NCBI GenBank assembly: GCA_017626845.1
Contig: JAGAHX010000009.1
Span: forward strand, 33,425-97,424
Direction of reading: 5' to 3'
DNA: 64,000 bases
DNA from: Bacillota bacterium
GTDB lineage: Bacteria; Bacillota; Clostridia; Peptostreptococcales; Anaerovoracaceae
A program made the position numbers and the translations under genes. Positions within the stretch are counted from its first letter, which is position 1; the number at the start of each line of letters is the position of its first letter. Shown here in pieces: positions 17,216 to 26,641 of this stretch. The notes beneath the pieces were generated by a model. The model saw only the letters and a program-made list of their open reading frames with translations. It searched no databases and had not been told where the DNA came from.

Positions 17216-18564
17216 CCCGGGTCAAAGCACCGCGCATCATGATCGCCGGCACCGGATCGGGCTGCGGCAAGACCACAGCGGTCTGCGCGCTGCTGCAGGT
17301 CCTGGTGAACCGGGGATACGATACGGCATCCTTCAAATGCGGACCGGATTACATCGATCCCATGTTCCATTCCCAGATCATCGGGACAGACAGCCAGAAC
17401 GTGGACCTGTTCTTCAGTTCGGAGGAAGAGGCGAGAGATCTGTTCGCCCGCCATGCGAAACAGGCGAACGTGGTGGAAGGCGTGATGGGCTTTTACGACG
17501 GCCGGACCATGGATTCGGACCGGGCTTCCGCCTACCACGTTTCGCAGGTCTTAAAGACGCCGGTCATTCTGGTCGTCAATGTGCGGGGCATGGCACTGTC
17601 CGCTGCGGCGGTCGTAAAGGGATATCAGAACTTCCGGCCGGATGCGGATATCGCCGGCGTGCTGTTCAACCGGGCGACGGAGAACAGCTATGAGCGGCTC
17701 AAAAAAACGGTCGAAAACGAGTGTGGTATCCCGGTTTTGGGATACTTGCCCACAGACCCGGAAATTTCGCTGGAAAGCCGGTATTTGGGCCTTATAACGG
17801 CATCGGAGATCGAAGGTCTGCAGGCCAAGATGCAAAAACTTGCGGCCCAGGAGGAAAAGACGGTGGACATCGGGAAGATCCTCGCTCTGATGGAGAGCGC
17901 ACCGGATCTGGAAGAAAAGCCGCTTGCCGTCGAAGCACACGGAACGTTCCGGCTGGCTGTCGCGAAGGACAAGGCGTTTTGCTTCTATTACAGCGCCAAT
18001 CTGGAGCTGCTGGAAGCGATGGGCGCCGAGATCGTTCCTTTCAGTCCGCTGACGGACGAAGCGCTGCCGGACTGCGACGGTCTGCTGCTGGGAGGCGGCT
18101 ATCCGGAGCTGTACGCGGACGTGCTGGAACGGAACGCTTCCATGCGGGAGAGCGTGCACAAAGCCATCGAAGGCGGTCTGCCCGCGATGGCGGAGTGCGG
18201 CGGCTTTATGTATCTGTGCCGGGACATCGCAGGACACGCCATGTGCGGCCTGTTCGATACGCCCGTGCGGAATACCGGAAAGCTTACCCGCTTCGGCTAC
18301 GCGGAAATCTCTTCGGAAGAGAGCAGCCTTCTGTTCAAACCCGGAACGAAGATCAAGGGCCACGAATTCCACTATTGGGATGCGGAAGATCCGGGCTCTG
18401 CCCTGAAGGCTTGTAAACCCGCAGGGAAGGAATGGCGCTGCGGTTACACGTCGGATACCCTGTACGCGGGTTATCCCCACCTGTATCTGCCCAGCTGCCC
18501 GCAGGCCGCGGAGCGTTTTGCGGACAAATGCCTGGAGTATAAAGAGAGGAGAACGGCCCTATGA
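17203..18564 (+). CDS. cbiA: Cobyrinic acid a,c-diamide synthase CbiA
   Basis: IAGTGSGCGKTT P-loop, GPDYIDP motif, and C-terminal GATase with ECGGFMYL. Confidence 0.9.
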   Translation: MEGMTRVKAPRIMIAGTGSGCGKTTAVCALLQVLVNRGYDTASFKCGPDYIDPMFHSQIIGTDSQNVDLFFSSEEEARDLFARHAKQANVVEGVMGFYDGRTMDSDRASAYHVSQVLKTPVILVVNVRGMALSAAAVVKGYQNFRPDADIAGVLFNRATENSYERLKKTVENECGIPVLGYLPTDPEISLESRYLGLITASEIEGLQAKMQKLAAQEEKTVDIGKILALMESAPDLEEKPLAVEAHGTFRLAVAKDKAFCFYYSANLELLEAMGAEIVPFSPLTDEALPDCDGLLLGGGYPELYADVLERNASMRESVHKAIEGGLPAMAECGGFMYLCRDIAGHAMCGLFDTPVRNTGKLTRFGYAEISSEESSLLFKPGTKIKGHEFHYWDAEDPGSALKACKPAGKEWRCGYTSDTLYAGYPHLYLPSCPQAAERFADKCLEYKERRTAL

Positions 18565-19193
18565 AGCCGATGGAGATAGAAAAACGCAGTTTCGAGATCA
18601 TCGCAGAGGAACTGGCGCAGAAATATCCGGGTCAGACGCTCGATCCATCCATGGATCTTGTCGTTCGCCGGGTCATCCACACGACGGCGGACTTCGATTA
18701 TTTCGAGACGATGGCCTTTTCGGAAGGCGCTGTGGACAAGATGAAACGGGCCATCGAGAGCGGCTGCCATATCGTGACGGACACCACCATGGCCCTGTCG
18801 GGCATCAATAAAAAGACGCTGGCGAAGTTCGGCGGCGAAGTCCACTGCTTTATCGGCGACGAAGATGTGGCGGCGGAAGCAAAGGAACGCGGCGTTACGC
18901 GGTCCCTCGTCTCCATGGAAAAGGCGGCCCGGATGGGCAAACCGCTCATCTTTGCAATCGGCAATGCGCCCACGGCGCTGCAGTCCATCTGCAGCCTGTA
19001 CCGGGAAGGAAAGCTGAAGCCGGAGATGGTCATCGGCGTTCCCGTAGGATTCGTCAACGTGGTGGAAGCCAAGGAAGAACTGATGGAGACCGTGCCGGAC
19101 TACATCGTAGCCCGGGGCCGCAAAGGCGGCAGCAACGTGGCGGCATCCATCGTAAACGCTGTGTTATATCAACTGGTCAACAGAGAAGGGTAA
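18561..19193 (+). CDS. cbiC: Cobalt-precorrin-8 methylmutase CbiC
   Basis: 210 aa. RVIHTTADFDY and IGNAPTAL motifs are typical of CbiC/CobH. Confidence 0.85.
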   Translation: MKPMEIEKRSFEIIAEELAQKYPGQTLDPSMDLVVRRVIHTTADFDYFETMAFSEGAVDKMKRAIESGCHIVTDTTMALSGINKKTLAKFGGEVHCFIGDEDVAAEAKERGVTRSLVSMEKAARMGKPLIFAIGNAPTALQSICSLYREGKLKPEMVIGVPVGFVNVVEAKEELMETVPDYIVARGRKGGSNVAASIVNAVLYQLVNREG

Positions 19194-19198
19194 ATACT

Positions 19199-19954
19199 AT
19201 GATCCATTTTGTCGGAGCCGGCTGCGGAGCGCCGGACCTCATCACTGTCCGCGGTGCGAGACTGCTGTCCGAAGCGGACGTAGTCATCTATGCGGGTTCT
19301 CTCGTCAATCCCGCGCTGCTGGACTACTGCAAGGAAGGCTGCGAGATCCACGACAGCGCCTACATGACCCTGGAAGAGGTCATCGAAACGATGAAAAAAG
19401 CCGAAAGCGAAGGGAAGACCACGGTGCGGCTTCACACCGGTGACCCCTCCATCTACGGCGCCATCCGGGAGCAGTTTGATGCGCTGGATCCTCTGGGCAT
19501 TTCCTACGACGTTTGCCCGGGCGTGAGTGCATTCTCCGGTGCAGCGGCCAGCCTGAAGGCGGAATATACGCTGCCCAATGTGTCCCAGACCGTGATGATC
19601 ACGCGGATGGAAGGGCGGACCCCTGTTCCCGATAAGGAAAAGATCCGCAGTCTGGCCCAGCACCAGACCACCATGTGCCTGTTCCTGTCCACGGGACTGC
19701 TGGAAGGTCTGCAGACCGAGCTGATGGCGGGCGGATACGCCCCGGATACCCCGGCAGCCATCGTTTATAAAGCCAGCTGGCCGGAAGAAAAGATCGTGCG
19801 CTGCCGCCTTTGTGAAATTGCGCAGAAGGCGACAGAAAATCATATTACGAAAACTGCCCTGATCGTGGTCGGATACTTCCTCGGAGACAACTACGACCGC
19901 TCAAAACTCTACGATCCGGGCTTTACGACGGAATTCCGGGAGGCCACGAAATGA
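19199..19954 (+). CDS. cbiF: Cobalt-precorrin-4 C11-methyltransferase CbiF
   Basis: FVGAGCGAPDLITVRG and LHTGDPSIYGA are tetrapyrrole methylase motifs. The length fits CbiF/CobM. Confidence 0.85.
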   Translation: MIHFVGAGCGAPDLITVRGARLLSEADVVIYAGSLVNPALLDYCKEGCEIHDSAYMTLEEVIETMKKAESEGKTTVRLHTGDPSIYGAIREQFDALDPLGISYDVCPGVSAFSGAAASLKAEYTLPNVSQTVMITRMEGRTPVPDKEKIRSLAQHQTTMCLFLSTGLLEGLQTELMAGGYAPDTPAAIVYKASWPEEKIVRCRLCEIAQKATENHITKTALIVVGYFLGDNYDRSKLYDPGFTTEFREATK

Positions 19955-20952
19955 AGAAAGCGGCGGTGCTTTCGTTTTCGGAGCAGGGCAGGATGCTCGC
20001 CGGCAGGATCGCGCAGATCCTTCCTGCGGACTACGAGCCCTATGCCGTCGAACCGAGGGGTAATCTGCAGGAACTCACCGGCCAGCTGTTCGGGTGCTGC
20101 GATGCGCTGATCTTCGTAGGAGCGTGCGGCATCGCGGTGCGGGCCATCTCTCCCTTTGTGGTGTCGAAGACTTCCGATCCGGCCGTGCTCGTTACGGACG
20201 AACTGGGCCGGCACGTTATCTCGCTGCTGTCGGGTCACATCGGAGGCGCCAACGAGCTGACTATCCGGATCGCAGCCAGCATCGGCGCGGACCCCGTCAT
20301 CACCACGGCGACAGACGTAAACGGACGCTTTTCCGTGGACGCCTGGGCTGCGAAGAACGGCATGGCGATCGACTCCATGGAGCTGGCGAAGCTGTTTTCT
20401 GCGGAGATCTTAAAGCGCGACCTGCCGCTGTATTCGGAACTTCCTGTGGAGGGAAGACTTCCTGCCGGACTGGAACTGAAGCAGAACGGCGTGCTGGGCG
20501 CGGCGGTCTCTTACCGCATCGTGCATCCCTACACACATACGCTGCGGCTCATTCCCCGTTGTCTGCATCTCGGCATCGGCTGCCGCAGAGGCACGTCGGA
20601 AGAACTCATCGCACAGACCGTCCGGGAAACGCTGGACGAATACGGCATCGACCTGCGTGCCTGCGCCGATATCTCATCCATCGACGTTAAGGCGGACGAA
20701 GCAGGCCTGCTGGCATTTGCCCAGTCCCTCGGCGTTCCCGCCAAATTCTACAGCGCACAGCAGCTGCAGGCGGTGCAGGGCAACTTTTCCGCCTCCGCCT
20801 TCGTGCGGGATACCGTAGGCGTGGACAACGTCTGCGAACGGGCAGCCATGCTTTCCGCGGGAGAAGGCGCTGCGCTCATCATTCACAAGACGGCCAAAGA
20901 CGGCGTTACCGTTGCGGTCGTTCAGGATAACAGGAGGATACGGTTTGAATAA
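19951..20952 (+). CDS. cbiG: Cobalt-precorrin-5A hydrolase CbiG
   Basis: 333 aa. LGIGCRRG and VCERAA-type motifs, and position between cbiF and cbiH. Confidence 0.8.
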   Translation: MKKAAVLSFSEQGRMLAGRIAQILPADYEPYAVEPRGNLQELTGQLFGCCDALIFVGACGIAVRAISPFVVSKTSDPAVLVTDELGRHVISLLSGHIGGANELTIRIAASIGADPVITTATDVNGRFSVDAWAAKNGMAIDSMELAKLFSAEILKRDLPLYSELPVEGRLPAGLELKQNGVLGAAVSYRIVHPYTHTLRLIPRCLHLGIGCRRGTSEELIAQTVRETLDEYGIDLRACADISSIDVKADEAGLLAFAQSLGVPAKFYSAQQLQAVQGNFSASAFVRDTVGVDNVCERAAMLSAGEGAALIIHKTAKDGVTVAVVQDNRRIRFE

Positions 20953-21673
20953 GTTATACGTGATCGGGATCGGTCCCGGCGGACAGGAATACATGACCTT
21001 CGAAGCCATGCAGGCGTTAAAGGATTCGGATCTCATCGTCGGATACGGCGTCTACACAGATCTGGTAAAGCCTCTGTTTCCGGAAAAGAAATATCTGACG
21101 ACGCCCATGAAGCAGGAGATCGAGCGCTGCCGCATGGCGGTGGATGCCGCAGCGGAAGGCCGCACGGTCGCCATGATCTCCAGCGGCGATGCGGGCGTAT
21201 ACGGCATGGCCGGCCCCATTCTGGAACTGGCGGAAGGAAAGGACGTGGAAGTGAAGGTCGTTGCGGGGGTCACCGCAGCCCTTTCCGGCGGCGCCGTGCT
21301 CGGCGCACCGCTGACCCACGATTTCGCCGTCATCTCCCTGTCGGACCTGCTCACGCCCTGGGAGAAGATCGAAAAGCGGCTGGATGCGGCGGCTTCCGCA
21401 GATTTCTGCATCGCGATCTACAATCCTTCCAGCCACAAGCGGGCGGATTACCTGCAGAAGGCCTGCGACATCCTTCTGCAGCACAAAGGACCGGACACCG
21501 TGTGCGGCACCGTGCGCAACATCGGAAGAGAAGGGGAATCCTTTACCGTTCTCACCCTGCAGGAACTGCGGAATACCCAGGTGGACATGTTCACCACAGT
21601 GTTTATCGGCAACAGCCAGACGAAGGCGGCAGGAGGCCGCATGGTGACCCCGAGAGGATATAAACATGACTAA
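20945..21673 (+). CDS. cbiH: Cobalt-factor III / precorrin-3B C17-methyltransferase CbiH
   Basis: TTG 20945 sits 7 nt after AGGAGG. LYVIGIGPGG and ISSGDAGVYGM are methylase motifs. Confidence 0.8.
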   Translation: MNKLYVIGIGPGGQEYMTFEAMQALKDSDLIVGYGVYTDLVKPLFPEKKYLTTPMKQEIERCRMAVDAAAEGRTVAMISSGDAGVYGMAGPILELAEGKDVEVKVVAGVTAALSGGAVLGAPLTHDFAVISLSDLLTPWEKIEKRLDAAASADFCIAIYNPSSHKRADYLQKACDILLQHKGPDTVCGTVRNIGREGESFTVLTLQELRNTQVDMFTTVFIGNSQTKAAGGRMVTPRGYKHD

Positions 21674-23636
21674 ACTCTGCATCTTTGCGGGAACAAGCGA
21701 AGGAAGACGGCTGGCGGAAACGCTGGCGGGCCGCGGTGCGGAACTGACAGTCTGCGTCGCCACGGAATACGGGGAAGTGTCCCTGGGCGAACTGCCGGAC
21801 TGCCGCGTGCTGGCGGGACGCATGCCCCGGGACGACATCGAAGCGATGCTGCGGAAGGAAACGTTCGCAGCCGTCGTGGATGCCACGCATCCGTATGCGG
21901 AGCACATTACGGAGAGCATTCGAAGTGCGGCAGCCGCTTCCGGCACGGCATACATCCGCCTGCTGCGGGAGAGCACCGCATCGGATTCCGACGGCGTATT
22001 CGTGGAGGATACGGCGGCCTGCATCGCCTTTTTGAAGGGAACAACGGGAAACGTGCTGCTGACCATAGGCAGTAAGACCCTGCCGCAGTACTGCGAAGAC
22101 CCCGCGCTGAGAGAGCGGATCTATGCCCGGGTGCTGCCTTTGGCAGAATCTCTGAAGATCTGCATCGAATGCGGACTTCCTGCGGACCGGATCCTGGCGA
22201 TCCAGGGACCGTTCTCCCGGGAGATGAACACCGCCATGCTGCGCCAGACCAAGGCGGCCTGGATGGTCACGAAGGACACCGGCAATGCCGGCGGCTACGC
22301 GGATAAGATCGCCGCGGCAAAAGAATGCGGCGCCAAAGCGGTCATCATCGGAAGGCCGGCGGAAAAGGAAGCCGGACTGTCTCTGGAGGAGACCATAGCG
22401 CTACTGGAAGAAAAGCTGAAGCTGGCTCCCAGACGCAAGAAAGTGACGATGGTCGGCACTGGCATGGGAGGCCCCGGCACACTGACGGCGGACGCCCGCA
22501 AAGCGATCGAAGCGGCGGATGTCCTCCTGGGCGCTGCGCGCATGCTGGAAGGGTCAAAAACGGCCCATAGCCGCACGTTTACCGCCATCGCCGCAAAGGA
22601 TATCGTCGACGTTATAAAACGTGAAAACGGGCCGTTTTTTGCGGTGCTGTTTTCCGGCGACACCGGCTTTTACAGCGGCGCCAAGGGACTGAAGGCGGAA
22701 CTGGAAAAGCAGGGGATCGACGCGGAAGTGGACATCCTGCCCGGCATCGGCAGCCTGTCCTATTTCTGCGCAAAACTGGGGCGCACCTGGCAGGACGTAA
22801 AGGCCGTCAGCCTGCACGGCAGACAGACGGATCTCGTGCGCTGCGTAAGAGAGAACCCGGCCGTGTTTACGCTGCTCGGCGGAGAGACCGGCGCCCTGGA
22901 TGCGCTCACCCGGCTGAAGGGAGCGGGCCTCGGCACGCTGCAGGCACACATCGGACAGCGGCTGGGCTATGAAAACGAAGAGATCGTGTCCGGAACGGTT
23001 GCAGAACTTGCGGAAAGAGACTATGATAGCCTGAGTGTGCTCTTGGTGGAGAACCCGGAGTGGACCGAGTATGTCGTGACCCACGGCATCGCAGATGAAT
23101 CCTTCACCCGGGCAGACGTACCCATGACGAAGCAGGAGATCCGCTCCGTCACGCTGTCGAAACTGCAGCTGGGCAAAGGCTCCATCGTGTGGGACATCGG
23201 TTCCGGCAGCGGCTCCGTCTCCGTAGAATGCGCCCTGCAGGCCTGCGAAGGACAGGTCTATGCCATCGAAAAGGAAGCGGATGCCGTCGAACTCACGAAG
23301 CAGAACCTGGCGAAGTTCGGCGTCGTCAACTGCACCGTGGTGGAAGGTTCCGCGCCGGAGGCCCTAAAGCATCTTCCTGCGCCTACCCACGCCTTCATCG
23401 GCGGCAGCACGGGAAATCTGAAGGACATCCTGGCCGTGCTTCTGGAGAAGAACCCCAAGGTGCGCATCGTGGCCAACGCCGTTACGATGGAGACCGCCGC
23501 AGAACTGAGCGAAACGGCGAAGGATTTCGCCTTCAGCGACATCTGCTGCGTCAACGTCAGCCGAAGCCGCAAACTGGGCCGGTATCACCTGATGACCGCC
23601 CAGAATCCCGTATATATCGTTACCATGCAGAATTAG
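21666..23636 (+). CDS. Triple fusion: precorrin-6x reductase (CbiJ) + CbiE + CbiT (decarboxylating precorrin-6Y C5,15-methyltransferase)
   Basis: The N-terminal CIFAGTSEGR is CbiJ/CobK-like. The middle VTMVGTGMGGPGTLT is CbiE-like. The C-terminal MTKQEIRSVTLSKL...DIGSGSGSVS is CbiT-like. Confidence 0.8.
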   Translation: MTKLCIFAGTSEGRRLAETLAGRGAELTVCVATEYGEVSLGELPDCRVLAGRMPRDDIEAMLRKETFAAVVDATHPYAEHITESIRSAAAASGTAYIRLLRESTASDSDGVFVEDTAACIAFLKGTTGNVLLTIGSKTLPQYCEDPALRERIYARVLPLAESLKICIECGLPADRILAIQGPFSREMNTAMLRQTKAAWMVTKDTGNAGGYADKIAAAKECGAKAVIIGRPAEKEAGLSLEETIALLEEKLKLAPRRKKVTMVGTGMGGPGTLTADARKAIEAADVLLGAARMLEGSKTAHSRTFTAIAAKDIVDVIKRENGPFFAVLFSGDTGFYSGAKGLKAELEKQGIDAEVDILPGIGSLSYFCAKLGRTWQDVKAVSLHGRQTDLVRCVRENPAVFTLLGGETGALDALTRLKGAGLGTLQAHIGQRLGYENEEIVSGTVAELAERDYDSLSVLLVENPEWTEYVVTHGIADESFTRADVPMTKQEIRSVTLSKLQLGKGSIVWDIGSGSGSVSVECALQACEGQVYAIEKEADAVELTKQNLAKFGVVNCTVVEGSAPEALKHLPAPTHAFIGGSTGNLKDILAVLLEKNPKVRIVANAVTMETAAELSETAKDFAFSDICCVNVSRSRKLGRYHLMTAQNPVYIVTMQN

Positions 23637-23640
23637 TTTT

Positions 23641-24474
23641 ATGATCGGAATCATCGACGTAGGCGGCGGCATGCGCGGCTCGTACGGAGCCGGCGTGTTC
23701 GACTGGTGCCTCGAAAATAACATCGCTTTTGATTATCATGTGGGCGTATCTGCCGGATCCGCCAATCTTTGTTCGTTCCTTTCCGGACAGAAGGGCCGCA
23801 ACCTGTTCTTCTATGCGGATTATTCCTTCCGTCCCGAATATATGGGATTAAAGCATTTTATCCGGACCCACGACTATCTGGATCTGGAGTATATCTACGG
23901 AGAAGCGCTGACGAACAGTCAAGGGGAGTATCCGCTGGATTTTGCTGCCATGTTGCAAAGCGGCAAACCCTTCGAGATCGTGGCGACGGATGCCCTTACG
24001 GGTCTGCCGCACTATTTTGAGATGCACGACATGGATCAGGACGATTACGGCGCCATCAAGGCCAGTTCCTGCGTTCCCGGGGTCAACCGCCCCTACGGAT
24101 GGAAGGGCGGACTGTATTATGACGGCGGTCTGAGCGACCCCATCCCCTTTAAGCGGTGCCTGGACGCCGGCTGCGAAAAGATCGTGGTGGTGCTCACCCG
24201 GCCGAGGGATTTCGTCCGCGATCCTGCGAAGGACGAACGGATGGCGAAACTGCTGTTCAAATATCCGAATGCGGCAAAGGCGCTGGAGTTCCGCAGCCGC
24301 GTCTATAACGACCAGCTGAAGGACGTAACGGAACTGGAACGGCAGGGCAGAGCGCTGATCGTAGCGCCGGACGATATCTCCGGCATGAAGACCCTCACGA
24401 AGGACAGGGAGGCGATCGTGGCGCTGTATCATAAGGGGTTCCGGGATGCGGAAGCCATCGGCCGTTTCGTTTAA
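23641..24474 (+). CDS. Patatin-like phospholipase
   Basis: Oxyanion GGGMRG, lipase GVSAGS (GxSxG) and catalytic-Asp motif YDGGLSDPIP. Confidence 0.85.
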   Translation: MIGIIDVGGGMRGSYGAGVFDWCLENNIAFDYHVGVSAGSANLCSFLSGQKGRNLFFYADYSFRPEYMGLKHFIRTHDYLDLEYIYGEALTNSQGEYPLDFAAMLQSGKPFEIVATDALTGLPHYFEMHDMDQDDYGAIKASSCVPGVNRPYGWKGGLYYDGGLSDPIPFKRCLDAGCEKIVVVLTRPRDFVRDPAKDERMAKLLFKYPNAAKALEFRSRVYNDQLKDVTELERQGRALIVAPDDISGMKTLTKDREAIVALYHKGFRDAEAIGRFV

Positions 24475-24496
24475 AGAGGCGGAATTAGACAGATTT

Positions 24497-24520
24497 GAGG
24501 ACGGTAAGTCCTCTTTTTTT
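24497..24520 (+). terminator. Rho-independent terminator closing the long + strand operon
   Basis: GAGGAC-GGTAA-GTCCTC hairpin followed by T7. Confidence 0.75.
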
Positions 24521-24630
24521 ATATTTTGACTGGGTCAACTCCCCAATTCCGGGATACGGGTTAACGCCGTATAACTGCGCCTTTGTGACTTATAATATTC
24601 ATAGAAAACATAATAAACGGAGGCAAAGAT

Positions 24631-24882
24631 ATGAAATACGACAAATTGGCATTATTCGCAGGCGGTGTACTGTTCGGTACGGCGGGGATCGCGGTCCTGG
24701 CCAGCAGAGAGGCGAAAAAGGTCTATACGGCCTGCACGGCAGCCGTTCTTCGCGGCAAGGATGCCGTAATGGACTGCTATGAGACGCTGAAGGAAAACTG
24801 CGAGGACATCGTTGCGGATGCGGAAGATCTGAACGAGATGCGCTATGCGGAAGACGCGGCCATGGAACTGGAAGCGGCCTGA
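24631..24882 (+). CDS. Small protein with an N-terminal TM helix and acidic helical tail (function unknown)
   Basis: RBS GGAGG upstream. 83 aa with LALFAGGVLFGTAGIAVLA TM. Ends at a TGA that is followed by 27 more in-frame sense codons. Confidence 0.55.
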   Translation: MKYDKLALFAGGVLFGTAGIAVLASREAKKVYTACTAAVLRGKDAVMDCYETLKENCEDIVADAEDLNEMRYAEDAAMELEAA

Positions 24883-24969
24883 GCGGTCATCGCCCAGTAC
24901 GAGGAAGATCTGGCGGAAGCGAAAGAATGCGCATCCTGCGAAGACGGCGAGGAAAAGGAAGCGTAGTCC

Positions 24970-26588
24970 ATGCGGGTATGCATCGTTCATGAATCCTCGA
25001 CAAAGATACGCTTTCAGACCGGTGTAAGAAGGATGTCTGTCGAACAGGCGGACATCCTTGATTATTTCCTGCAGCAGCTGCGTTTTGTAAAAGGAACCGG
25101 CATCCGGCAGCGCACGGCATCGTTTACCGTCTCGTATTCCGGCGATCCCGAAGACCGCAGGAAACTGCTGAGCGCCCTGGAAGACTTTTCGTTCTACGAC
25201 GAGGAGGCAAAAGCCCTGGTCCCGGAACAGACGGGACGCGAACTCAATAACAGCTACGAGGAAAGACTGGTGTTGAAGGTGCTGGGACGCATCGGACGCA
25301 AGATCTTCCTGCCCGTCCCAATGCAGTGCGCCTGGACCGTTTTCCGAAGCCTTGGCTACGTCCGCAGGGGCATTTCCTGCCTGGCGAAAGGCAGACTGCA
25401 GGTGCCGGTACTGGATGCGGCGGCCATTACGGCTTCCATGCTTACGGGAGACTTTGATACGGCGGGTTCCGTCATGTTCCTGCTGGATGCAGGCGAGATC
25501 CTGGAGGACTGGACTTACCAGAAATCCGTAGGCGATCTGGCCCGGTCCATGTCCTTGAAAGTGGACCGCGTCTGGGTGCGCCCGGAAGAGGGCCCGGACT
25601 ATCTTGCCAACCTTTCCGACGTTAAGGAAGGCGATACGATCGTCATCCGCAGCAGCGACGTGGTACCTCTGGACGGCAGCGTCGTCAGCGGCGAACTCAC
25701 CGTCAACCAGTCCTCTTTGACGGGGGAATCCGTTCCTGTCGCGAAGACGGCGGGCGGCTACGTCTATGCCGGCACCGTGGTGGAAGAGGGGGAGGCAGCT
25801 GTCCACGTGACCCGCACCAGCGGCTCCGGCAAATACGACCGCATCGTAAAGATGATCGAAGAATCCGAAAAGCTCAAGTCTTCCACGGAGGCGAAGGCCT
25901 TCCATCTGGCGGATTCTCTGGTGCCTTACTCGTTTGCGGGAGCGGCGCTTACCTTCCTTCTTACGAGAAACGTGCAGCGGGCCATGTCCTTCCTGATGGT
26001 GGACTTTTCCTGCGCGCTAAAGCTTTCCATGCCCTTATCCGTCCTGTCTTCCATCCGGGAGGCAGGCGAACAGAACATCTCCGTCAAAGGCGGCCGCTTC
26101 CTGGAGAACTATTCGGAAGCCAAGACCATTCTGTTCGACAAGACCGGTACGCTGACCCACGCAGCGCCGCACCTGTTCCGGGTCATTCCCTTTAACGGCA
26201 TGTCGGAGAAGGAATGCCTGCGGCTGGCAGCCTGCCTGGAGGAGCATTTCCCCCATTCCATGGCGCGGGCCGTGGTCGAAGCGGCAGAGCGGCAGGGGAT
26301 CGACCACGAGGAACGGCACAGCGTCGTGAATTACGTGGTGGCCCACGGCATCTCCAGTTCCGTGGACGGAACGCCGGTGCTGATCGGCAGCTATCACTTC
26401 ATCTTCGAAGACGAAAAGTGCCGGATCCCGGAGGGCAAACAGGAGCTGTTCGACAGCCTGCCGGACGAATATTCGCACCTGTACCTGGCGTCCTGGGCAT
26501 CCTGCCGCCGGCATCCTCTGCGCTGCTGCACAACGGCTCGACGATCCTTACGGGTCTGAAGAGCATGACGCCATTGCTGAAAGCATAA
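24970..26588 (+). pseudogene. Heavy-metal-type P-type ATPase, disrupted by an internal out-of-frame deletion
   Basis: TGES (SLTGESVPV) and DKTGTLT are present. MLTGD and GDGINDxPAL motifs and the TM5-6 region are absent. The conserved C-terminal tail GVLGILPPASSALLHNGSTILTGLKS continues in another frame from about 26489. Confidence 0.7.
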
Positions 26589-26591
26589 GAA

Positions 26592-26628
26592 AACCGGGAG
26601 ACCGTCACGGCTCTCCCGGTTCATTTTA
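26592..26628. terminator. Bidirectional terminator between convergent genes
   Basis: AACCGGGAGA / TCTCCCGGTT 10-bp stem with a 10-nt loop. A-rich on the 5' side and CATTTTAT on the 3' side. Confidence 0.7.
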
Positions 26629-26641
26629 TATGCGAAAGATG

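Noticed and set aside
23641-24474. Patatin-like phospholipase as an effector of an anti-phage (CBASS-type) system.
   Set aside because: No cyclase, nucleotidyltransferase, sensor or other defence gene is adjacent. The gene is embedded at the end of the cobalamin operon.
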